Positions 50,021 through 61,300 of a stretch of DNA of 64,000 nt are shown here, piece by piece. Origin of the DNA: Camelus dromedarius (Eukaryota); assembly GCF_036321535.1 (NCBI RefSeq), contig NC_087436.1, positions 2,728,001 to 2,792,000 on the forward strand. Reading direction: 5' to 3'. The notes under the pieces were generated by a model, which saw nothing but the letters and a program-made list of their open reading frames with translations, made no database searches and was not told where the DNA came from. Position numbers and translations under genes: made by a program. How positions within the stretch are numbered: position 1 is the first letter of the stretch; each line of letters starts with the position of its first letter.

Positions 50021-52029
50021 GCACAAATGGAACTGATTGCAGGAGAAACATTTTCTCTGGTTTCTCAGTCTGTTTCCTAGTGCCGATTTGGAGTTCCTGC
50101 AGTTTTCACTGTAAAACCGACTTGGATCTACTACATCCCCATATATATGTATGGATAGGAGTTTGCAACTGGAAAGAAACTATGTGTTCCCAACAAGTTA
50201 GGTGAAGAACGGCTTTCACACACACATATCTCTCAGAACTGAGCATGTGGAGAGACGTTCGTTCATCTAGCACAAAGGGAACGGGTTGCAGGAGAAACAT
50301 TTACTCTGGTTTCTCAGTCTGTTTCCTAGTGCCGGTTTGAAGTTCCTGCAGTATTCACTGTAAAATCGAGTTGGAGCTAGTACATCCCCATATATATGTA
50401 TGGAGTGGAGTTTGCAAGTGAATTGAAATTTTGAGTTCCCAACAAGCTAGGTGAAGTATGGAATTCACACAGATTTATCTCTCAGAACTGAGCATGTGGA
50501 GAGACGTTCGTTCATCCAGCACAAAGGGAACAGGTTGAAGGGAAATTTTTCTCTGGTTTCTCAATCTGTTTCCTGTTACCGGTTAAAAGTTCCTGCAGTT
50601 TTCACTGTAAAACCGAGTTGGAGCTAGTACCTCCCCATATAAATGTATGGAGTGGAGTTTGCAACTGAAAGGAACTTTGTGTTCCCAAGAAGCTAGGTGA
50701 AGGACGGCTTTCACACACACTTATCTCTCAGAAATGAGCATGTGGAGAGACGTTCGTTCATCTAGCACAGAGGGAACGGGTTGTAGGAGAAACTTTTTCT
50801 CTGGTTTCTCACTCTGTTTCCTATTGAAGGTTTGAAGTTCCTGCAATTTTCACTGTAAAACCGAGTTGGAGCTAGTACCTCCCCATATATAAGTATGGAG
50901 AGGAGTTTGCAACTGAAAAGAAACTTTGTGTTCCCAACAAGCTAGGTGAAGGACGGCTTTCACACACACTTATCTCTCAGAACTGAGCATGTGGAGAGAC
51001 GTTCGTTCATCTACCACAAAGGGAACGGGTTGCAGGAGAAACTTTTACTCTGGTTTCTCAGTCTGTTTCCTAGTTCCTGTTTCAAGTTCCTGCAGTTTTC
51101 ACTGGAAAACCGTGTTGGAGCTATTACCTCCCCATATATGTATGGAGTGGGGTTTGCAACTGAAAAGAAACTTTGTGTTCCCAACAAGCTATTTAAAGTA
51201 CGGCTTTCAAACACACTTATCTCTCAGAACTGAGCTTGTGGAGAGACGTTCGTTCATCTAGCACAAAGGGAAAGGGTTGCAGGAGAAACTTTTTCTCTGG
51301 TTTCTCAGTCTGTTTCCTAGTGCCGGCTTGAAGATCCTGCAATTTTCACTGTAAAATCGAGTTGGGGCTAGTACCACCCCATATATATGTATGGAGTTGA
51401 ATTTGCAACTGAAAATGAACTTTGTGTTCCCAACAAGCTAGGTGAAGGACGGCTTTCACACACACTTATCTCTCAGAACTGAGCATGTTGAGAGACGTTC
51501 GTTCATCTAGAACAAAGGGAACGGGTTGCATTAGAAACTTTTACTCTGGTTTCTCAGTCTGTTTAGTAGTGCCGGTTTGAAGTTCCTGCAGTTTTCACTG
51601 TAAAACCGAGTTGGAGCTAGTACCTCCCCATATATAAGTATGGAGAGGAGTTTGCAACAGAAAAGAAACTTTGTGTTCCCAACAAGCTAGGTGAAGGACG
51701 GCTTTCACACACAATTATCTCTCAGAACTGAGCATGTGGAGAGAAGTTCGTTCATCTACCACAAAGGGAACGGGTTGCAGGAGAAACTTTTACTCTGGTT
51801 TCTCAGTCTGTTTCCTAGTTCCTGTTTCAAGTTCCTGCAGTTTTCACTGTAAAACCGAGTTGGAGCTATTAACTCCCCATATATGAATGGAGTGGGGATT
51901 GCAACTGAAAAGAAACATTGTGTTCCCAACAAGCTATTTAAAGTACGGCTTTCAAACACACTTATCTCTCAGAACTGAGCTTGTGGAGAGACGTTCGTTC
52001 ATCTAGCACAAAGGGAAAGGGTTGCAGGA

Positions 52030-55000
52030 GAAAATTTTACTCTGGTTTCTCAATCTGTTTCCTAGTGCCGGTTTGAAGTTCCTGCAGTTTTCACTGTAAA
52101 ACCGAGTTGGTGCTAGTCCCTCCCCATATATATGTATGGAGTGGAGGTTGCAAGTGAAAAGAAACTTTGTGTTCCCAACAAGCTAGTTGAAAGACGGCTT
52201 TCACAAACTGTTATCCCTCAGAACTGAGCATGTGGAGAGACGTTCGTTCATCTAGCAAAAAGGGAACGGGTTGCAGGAGAAACTTTTTTTCTGGTTTCTC
52301 AGTCTGTTTCCTGTTGCCGGTTTGAAGTTCCTGCAGTTTTCACTGTAAAACCGAGTTGGAGCTAGTACCTCCCCATATATATGTATGGAGTGGAGTTTGC
52401 AAGTGAAAAGAAACTTTGTGTTCCCAAAAGCTAGGTGAAGGACGGCTTTCACACACACTTAACTCTCAGAATTGAGCATGTGGAGAGACATTCGTTCATC
52501 TAGCACAAAGGGAACGGGATGCAGGAGAAATTTTTAATCAGGTTTCTCATTCTGTTTCCTAGTGCCGGTTTCAAGTTCCTGCAATTTCCACTGTAAAACC
52601 GATTTGGAGCTAGTACCTCCCCATATATATGTATGGATTGGAGTTTGCAACTGAAAAGAAACTTTGTGTTCCCAAAAAGCTAGGTGAAAGACGGTTTTCA
52701 CACACAATTATCTCTCAGAACTGAGCATGTGGAGAGACGTTCGTTCATCTAGCACAAAGGGAAAGGGTTGCAGTAGAAACTTTTACTCTGGTCTCTCAGT
52801 CTGTTTCCTAGTGCCGGTTTGAAGTTCCTGCAGTTTTCACTGTAAAACAGATTTGGAGCTAGTACCTCCCCATATATATGTATGGAATGGAGTTTTCAAG
52901 TGAAAAGAAAATTTGTGTTCCCAAAAAGCTAGGTGAAGGACGGCTTTCACACACACTTATCTCTCAGAACTGAGCATGTGGAGAGACGTTCGTTCATCTA
53001 GCACAAAGGGAACGGTTTGCAGGGGAAACTTTTACTCTGGTTTCTCAGTCTGTTTCCTAGTGCCGGTTTGATGTTCCTGCATTTTTCACTGTAAAACCGA
53101 GATGGAGCTAGTACCTCCCCATATATATGTATGGAGTGGAGTTTGCAACTGAAAAGAAACTTTGTGTTCCGAACAAGCTAGGTGAAGGACGGCTTTCCCA
53201 CACACTTATCTCTCAGACCTGAGCATGTGGAGAGACGTTCGTTCATCTAGCACAAAGGGAACGGGTTGTAGTACAAACTTTTACTCTGGTTTCTCAGTCT
53301 GTTTCCTAGTGCCGGTTTGAATTTCCAGCAGTTTTCACTGTAAAACCGAGTTGGAGCTAGTACCTCCCCATATATATGTATGGAGTGGAGTTTGCAACTG
53401 AAAAGAAACTTTGTGTTCCAAAGAAGCTAGGTGAAGGACGGCTTTCACACACTCTTATCTCTCAGAACTGAGCATGTGGAGAGACGTTCGTTCATCTAGC
53501 ACAAAGGAATCGGGTTGCAGGAGAAACTTAACTCTGGTTTCTCATTCTGTTTCCTAGTGCCGGTTTGAAGTTCCTGCAGTTTTCACTGTAAAACCGATTT
53601 GGAGCTAGTATCTCCCCATATATATGTATGGAGTGGAGGTTGCAAGTGAAAAGAAACTTTGTGTTCCCAACAAGCTAGGTGAAGGAAGGCTTTCACACAC
53701 ACTTATCTCTCAGAACTGAGCATGTGGAGAGACGTTCGTTCATCTAGCACAAAGGATAGTGTTGTAGGAGAAAATTTTACTCTGGTTTCTCAGTCTGTTT
53801 CCTAGTGCCGGTTTGAAGTTCCTGCAGTTTTCACTGTAAAACCGAGTTGGTGCTAGTACCTCCCCATATATATGTATGGAGTGGAGGTTGCAAGTGAAAA
53901 GAAACTTTGTGTTCCCAACAAGCTAGTTGAAGGACGGCTTTCACAAACAGTTATCCCTCAGAACTGAGCATGTGGAGAGACGTTCGTTCATCTAGCAAAA
54001 AGGGAACGGGTTGCAGGAGAAACTTTTTTCTGGTTTCTCAGTCTGTTTCCTGTTGCCGGTTTGAAGTTCCTGCAGTTTTCACTGTAAAACCGAGTTGGAG
54101 CTAGTACCTCCCCATATATATGTATGGAGTGGGGTTTGCAAGTGAAAAGAACTTTGTGTTCCCAACAAGCTAGTTGAAGGACGTCTTTCACACACACTTA
54201 AATCTCAGAATTGAGCATGTGGAGAGACGTTCGTTCATCTAGCACAAAGGGAACGGGATGCAGGAGAAACTTTTACTCTGGTTTCTCATTCTGTTTCCTA
54301 GTGCCGGTTTCAAGTTCCTGCAATTTTCACTGTAAAACCGAGTTGGAGCTAGTACCTCCCCATATATATGTATGGATTGGAGTTTGCATCTGAAAAGAAA
54401 CTTTGTGTTCCCAAAAAGATAGGTGAAAGACGGCTTTCACACACAATTATCTCTCAGAACTTAGCATGTGGAGAGACGTTCGTTCATCTAGCACAAAGGG
54501 AAAGGGTTGCAGGAGAAACTTTTACTCTGGTCTCTCAGTATGTTTCCTAGTGCCGGTTTGATGTTCCTGCAGTTTTCACTGTAAAACAGAGTTGGAGCTA
54601 GTACCTCCCCATATATATGTATGGAATGGAGTTTTCAAGTGAAAAGAAACTTTGTGTTCCCTAAAAGCTAGGTGAAGGACGGCTTTCACACACACTTATC
54701 TCTCAGAACTGAGCATGTGGAGAGACGTTCGTTCATCTAGCACAAAGGGAACGGTTTGCAGGGGAAACTTTTACTCTGGTTTCTCAGTCTGTTTCCTAGT
54801 GCCGGTTTGAAGTTCCTGCAGTTTTCACTGTAAAACCGAGTTGGAGCTAGTAACTCCCCATATATATGTATGGAGTGGAGATTGCAACTGAAAAGAAACT
54901 TGTGTTCCCAACAAGCTAGGTGAAGGACGGCTTTCACACAGACTTATCTCTCAGAACTGAGCATGTGGAGAGACGTACGTTCATCTAGCACAAATGGAAC

Positions 55001-57600
55001 GGGTTGCAGGAGAAACTTTTACTCTGGTTTCTCTGTCTGTTTTCTAGTGCCGGTTTGACGTTCCTGCAGTTTTCACTGTAAAACCGAGTTGGAGCTAGTA
55101 CCTCCCCATATATATGTATGGAGTGGAGGTTGCAAGTGAAAAGAAACTTTGTGTTCCCAACAAGCTATGTGAAGGACGGCGTTAACACACACTTATCTCT
55201 CAGAACTGAGCATGTGGAGAGACGTTCGTTCATCTAGCACAAAGGATCGTGTTGTAGGAGAAAATTTTACTCTGGTTTCTCAGTCTGTTTCCTAGTGCCG
55301 GTTTTACGTTCCTGCAGTTTTCACTGTAAAACCGAGTTGGAGCTAGTACCTCCCCATATATATGTATGGAGTGGAGGTTGCAAGTGAAAAGAAACTTTGT
55401 GTTCCCAACAAGCTAGGTGAAGGACGGCTTTCACACACACTTATCTCTCAGAACTGAGCATGTGGAGAGACGTTCGTTCATCTAGCACAAAGGATCGTGT
55501 TGTAGGAGAAAATTTTACTCTGGTTTCTCAGTCAGTTTCCTAGTGCCGGTTTGAAGTTCCTGCAGTTTTCACTGTAAAACCGAGTTGGTGCTAGTACCTC
55601 CCCATATATATGTATGGAGTGGAGTTTGCAAGTGAAAAGAAACTTTGTGTTCCCAACAAGCTAGTTTAAGGACGGCTTTCACAAACTGTTATACCTCAGA
55701 ACTGAGCATGTGGAGAGACGTTCGTTCATCTAGCAAAAAGGGAACGGGTTGCAGGAGAAACTTTTTTTCTGGTTTCTCAGTCTGTTTCCTGTTGCCGGTT
55801 TGAAGTTCCTGTAGTTTTCACTGTAAAACCGAGTTGGAGCTAGTACCTCCCCATATATATGTATGGAGTGGAGTTTGCAAGTGAAAAGAAACTTTGTGTT
55901 CCCACAAGCTAGGTGAAGGACGGCTTTCACACACACTTAACTCTCAGAATTGAGCATGTGGAGAGACGTTCGTTCATCTAGCACAAAGGGAACGGGATGC
56001 AAGAGAATGTTTAATCTGGTTTCTCATTCTGTTTCCTAGTGCCGGTTTCAAGTTCCTGCAATTTTCACTGTAAAACCGAGTTGGAGCTAGTACCCCCCCA
56101 TATATATATATGGATTGGAGTTTGCAACTGAAAAGAAACTTTGTGTTCCCAAAAAGCTAGGTGAAAGACGGCTTTCACACACAATTATCTCTCAGACCTG
56201 AGCATGTGGAGAGACGTTCGTTCATCTAGCACAAAGGGAAAGGGTTGCAGTAGAAACTTTTACTCTGGTCTCTCAGTCTGTTTCCTAGTGCCGGTTTGAA
56301 GTTCCTGCAGTTTTCACTGTAAAACCGAGTTGGAGCTAGTACCTCCCCATATATATGTATGGAGTGGAGTTTGCAACTGAAAAGAAACTTTGTGTTCCGA
56401 ACAAGCTAGGTCAAGGACGGCTTTCCCACACACTTATCTCTCAGAAATGAGCATGTGGAGAGACGTTCGTTCATCTAGCAGAAAGGGAACGGGTTGTAGG
56501 AGAAACTTTTACTCTGGTTTCTCAGTCTGTTTCCTAGTGCCGGTTTGAAGTTCCTGCAGTTTTCACTGTAAAACCGATTTGGAGCTAGTACCTCCCCATA
56601 TATATGTATGGAGTGCAGTTTGCAAGTGAAAAGAAACTTTGTGTTCCCAAGAAGCTAGGTGAAGTACGGCTTTCACACACTCTTATCTCTCAGAACTGAG
56701 CATGTGGAGAGACGTTCGTTCATTTAGCACAAAGAAGCGGGTTGCAGGAGAAACTTAACTCTGGTTTCTCATTCTTTTTCCTAGTGCCGGTTTGAAGTTC
56801 CTGCAGTTTTCACTGTAAAACCGATTTGGAGCTAGTACCTCCCCATATATATGTATGGAGTGGAGTTTGCAAGTGAAAAGAAACTTTGTGTTCCCAACAA
56901 GCTATTTGAAGGACGGCTTTCACACAGAGTTATCCCTCAGAACTGAGCATGTGGAGAGACGTTCGTTCATCTAGCACAAATGGAACGGGTTGCAGGAGAA
57001 ACTTTTACTCTGGTTTCTCAGTCTGTTTTCTAGTGCCAGTTTGACGTTCCTGCACTTTTCACTGTAAAACCGAGTTGGAGCTAGTACCTCTCCATATATA
57101 TGTATGGAGTGGAGTTTGCAACTGAAAAGAAACTTTGTGTTCCGAACAAGCTAGGTGAAGGACGGCTTTCCCACACACTTATCTCTCAGAACTGAGCATG
57201 TGGAGAGACGTTCGTTCATCTAGCACAAAGGGAACGGTTTGTAGGAGAAACATTTGCTCTGGTTTCTCAGTCTGTTTCCTAGTGCCGGTTTGAATTTCCT
57301 GCAGTTTTCACTGTAAAACCGAGTTGGAGCTAGTACCTCCCCATATATATGTATGGAGTGGAGTTTGCAACTGAAAAGAAACTTTGTGTTCCCAAGAAGC
57401 TAGGTGAAGGACGGCTTTCACACACACTTATCTCTCAGAACTGAGCATGTGGAGAGACGTTCGTTCATCTAGCACAAAGGAATCGGGTTGCAGGAGAAAC
57501 TTAACTCTGGTTTCTCATTCTGTTTCCTAGTGCCGGTTTGAAGTTCCTGCAGTTTTCACTGTAAAACCGTTTTGGAGCTAGTACCTCCCCATATATATGT
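52030..57600. repeat. Diverged ~7-monomer higher-order repeat, about 3 copies (period ~1739 bp)
   Basis: The marker monomer pair (tcacaaactg/cagttatccctcag...gcaaaaaggg...cttttttt, then cagaattgagc...cgggatgc...ttcaag) recurs near 52.2, 53.95 and 55.69 kb. ORFs 52252 and 55730 are 3478 bp apart (14 monomers). Confidence 0.75.
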
Positions 57601-58399
57601 ATGGACTGGAGTTTGCAACTGAAAGGAACTTTGTGTTCCCAAGAAACTATTTGAAGTTCGGCTTTCACACACACTTATCTCTCAGAACTGAGCATGTGGA
57701 GAGACGTTCGTTCATCTAGCACAAAGAGAACGGTTTGCAGGAGAAACTTTTGCTCTATTTTCTCAGTCTGTTTCCTAGTGCCGGTTTGAAGTTCCTGCAG
57801 TATTCACTGTAAAACCGATTTGGAGCTAGTAACTCCCCATATATATGTATGGATTGGAGTTTGCAACAGAAAAGAAACTTTGTGTTCCCAACAAGCCTTG
57901 TGAAGGACGGCTTTCACACACACTTATCTCTCAGAACTGAGCATGTGGAGAGACGTTCGTTCATCTAGCACAATGGGAACGGGTTGCAGGAGGAACTTTT
58001 ACTCTGGTTTCTCAGTCTGTTTCCTAGTGCCGGTTTGAAGTTCCTGCAGTTTTCACTGTAAAACCGATTTGGAGCTAGTACCTCCCCATATATATGTATG
58101 GATTGGAGTTTGCAACTGAAAAGAAACTTTGTGTTCCCTAGAAGCTAGGTGCAGTACGGCTTTCACACACTCTTATCTCTCAGAACTGAGCATGTGGAGA
58201 GACGTTCGTTCATCTAGCACCAAGAAGCGGGTTGCAGGAGAAACTTAACTCTGGTTTCTCATTCTGTTTCCTAGTGCCGGTTTGAAGTTCCTGCAGTTTT
58301 CACTGTAAAACCGAGTTGGAGCTAGTACCTCCCCATATATATGTATGGATTGGAGTTTGCAACTGAAAAGAAACTTTGTGTTCCCAAGAAGCTAGGTGA

Positions 58400-61300
58400 A
58401 GTACGGCTTTCACACACTCTTATCTCTCAGAACTGAGCATGTGGAGATACGTTCGTTCATCTAGCACAAAGAAGCGGGTTGCAGGAGAAACTTTTACTCT
58501 GGTTTCTCAGTCTGTTTCCTAGTGCCGGTTTGAAGTTCCTGCAGTTTTCACTGTAAGAGCGAGTTGAAGCTAGTACCTCCCCATATATATGTATGGATTG
58601 GAGTTTGCAAATGAAAAGAAACTTTGTGTTCCCTAGAAGCTAGGTGAAGTATGGCATTCACACACTATTATCTCTCAGAACTGAGCATGTGGAGATACGT
58701 TCGTTCATCTAGCACAAACGGAACGGGTTGCAGGAGAAACTTAACTCTAGTTTCTCAGTCTGTTTCCTAATGCCGGTTTGAAGTTCCTGCAGTTTTCAGT
58801 GTAAACCCGAGATGCATCTAGTACCTCCTCATATATATGTATGAAGTGGAGTTTGCAAGTGAAAAGAAACTTTGTGTTCCCAACAAGCTAGTTGAAGGAC
58901 GGATTTCACACACACATTTCTCTCAGAACTGAGCATGTGGAGAGACGTTCGTTCATCTAGCACAAAGGGAACGGGTTGTAGGAGAAACTTTTTCTCTGGT
59001 TTCTCAGTATGTTTCCTGTTGCCGGTTTAAAGTTCCTGCAGTTTTCACTGTAAAACCGAGTTGGAGCTAGTACATCCCCTTATATATGTATGGAGTGGAA
59101 TTTGTAACTGAAAGGAAATTTGTTTTCCCAAGAAACTAGGTGAAGGTCGGCTTTCACACACACTTATCTCTCACAACTGAGCATGTGGAGAGACGTTCGT
59201 TCATCTAGCACAAAGGGAACGGGTTGCAGGAAAAACATTTACTCTGGTTTCTCAGTCTGTTTCCTAGTGCCGGTTTGAAGTTCCTGCAGTTTTCACTGTA
59301 AAACAGATTTGGAGCTAGTACCTCCCCATATATATGTATGGAGTGGGGTTTGCAAGTGAAAAGAAACTTTGTGTCCCCAACAAGCTAGATGATGGACGGC
59401 TTTCACACACACTTATCTCTCAGAACTGAGCATGTGGAGAGACGTTCGTTCATCTAGCACAAAGGGAACGGGTTGCAGGAGAAACTTTTACTCTGGTTTC
59501 TCAGTCTGTTTCCTAGTGCCGGTTTGAAGTTCCTGCAGTTTTCATTGTAAAACAGATTTGGAGCTATTACCTCCCCATATATTTGTACGGAGTGGAGTTT
59601 GCAAGTGAAAAGAAACTTTGTGTTCCCAACAAGCTAGGTGAAGGACGGCTTTCACACACACTTATCTCTCAGAACTGAGCATGTGGAGAGACAATCGTTC
59701 ATCTAGCACAAAGGGAACGGGTTGATGGAGAAACTTTTTCTCTGGTTTCTCTGTCCGTTTCCTGTTGCCGGTTTAAAGTTCCTGCAGTTTTCACTGTAAA
59801 AACGATTTGGAGGTAGTACCTCCCCATATATATGTATGGAGTGGAGTTTGCAACTGAAAGGAACTTTGTGTTCCCAAGAAGCTAGGTGAAGGACGGCTTT
59901 CACACACACTTATCTCTCAGAACTGAGCATGTGGTGAGACTTTCGTTCATCTAGCAAAATTGGAACGGGTTGCAGGAGAAACTATTACTCTGGTATCTCA
60001 ATCTGTTTCCTGTTGCCGGTTTGAATTTCCTGCAATTTTCACTGTAAAACCGATTTGGAGCTTGAACATCCCCATATATTTGTATGGAGGGGAGTTTGCA
60101 AATGAAAAGAAACTTTGTGTTCCCAACAAGCTAGGTGAAGGACGGCTTTCACACACACTTATCTCTCAGAAATGAGCATGTGGAGAGACGTTCGTTCATC
60201 TAGCACAAAGGGAACGGGTTGCAGGAGAAACTTTTACTCTGGTTTCTCTGTCTGTTTCCTGTTGCCGGTTTAAAGTTCCTGCAGTTTTCACTGTAAAAAC
60301 GATTTGGAGGTAGTACCTCCCCATATATTTGTATGGAGGGGAGTTTGCAAATGAAAAGAAACTTTGTGTTCCCAACAAGCTAGGTGAAGGACGGCTTTCA
60401 CACACACTTATCTCTCAGAAATGAGCATGTGGAGAGACGTTCGTTCAACTAACACAAAGGGAACGGTTTGCTGGAGAAACTTTTACTCTGGTTTCTCAGT
60501 CTGTTTCCTAGTGCCGGTTTGAAGTTCCTGCAGTTTTCACTGTAAAACCGATTTGGAGCTAGTACCTCCCCATATATATGTATGGATTGGAGTTTGCAAG
60601 TGAAAAGAACTTTGTGTTCCCAACAAGCTAGTTGAAGGACGGCTTTCACACACACTTATCTCTCAGAACTGAGCATGTCGAGAGACGTTCGTTCATCTAG
60701 CACAAAGGGAACGGGTTGCAGGAGAAACTTTTACTCTTGTTTCTCATTCTGTTTCCTAGTGCCGGTTTGAATATCCTGCAATTTTCACTGTAAAACAGAT
60801 TTGGAGCTAGTACCTCCCCATATATATGTATGGATTGGAGTTTGCAAGTGAAAAGAAACTTTGTGTTCCCAAAAAGCTAGGTGATGTACGGCTTTAACAC
60901 ACACTTATCTCTCAGAACTGAGCATGTGGAGAGACGTTCGTTCATCTAGCACAAAGGGAACGGGTTGCAGGAGAAACTTTTACTCTGGTTTCTCAGTCTG
61001 TTTTCTAGTGCCGGTTTGAAGTTCCTGCAGTTTTCACTGTAAAACCGAGTTGGAGCTAGTACCTCCCCATATATATGTATGCATTGGAGTTTGCAACTGA
61101 AAAGAAACTTTGTGTTCCCAAGAAGCTAGGTGAAGTACGGCTTTCACACACTCTTATCTCTCAGAACTGAGCATGTGGTGAGAAGTTCGTTCATCTAGCA
61201 CAAAGAAGCGGATTGCAGGAGAAACTTTTACTCTGGTTTCTCAGTCTGTTTCCTAGTGCCGGTTTGAAGTTCCTGCAGTTTTCACTGTAAGAGCGAGTTG

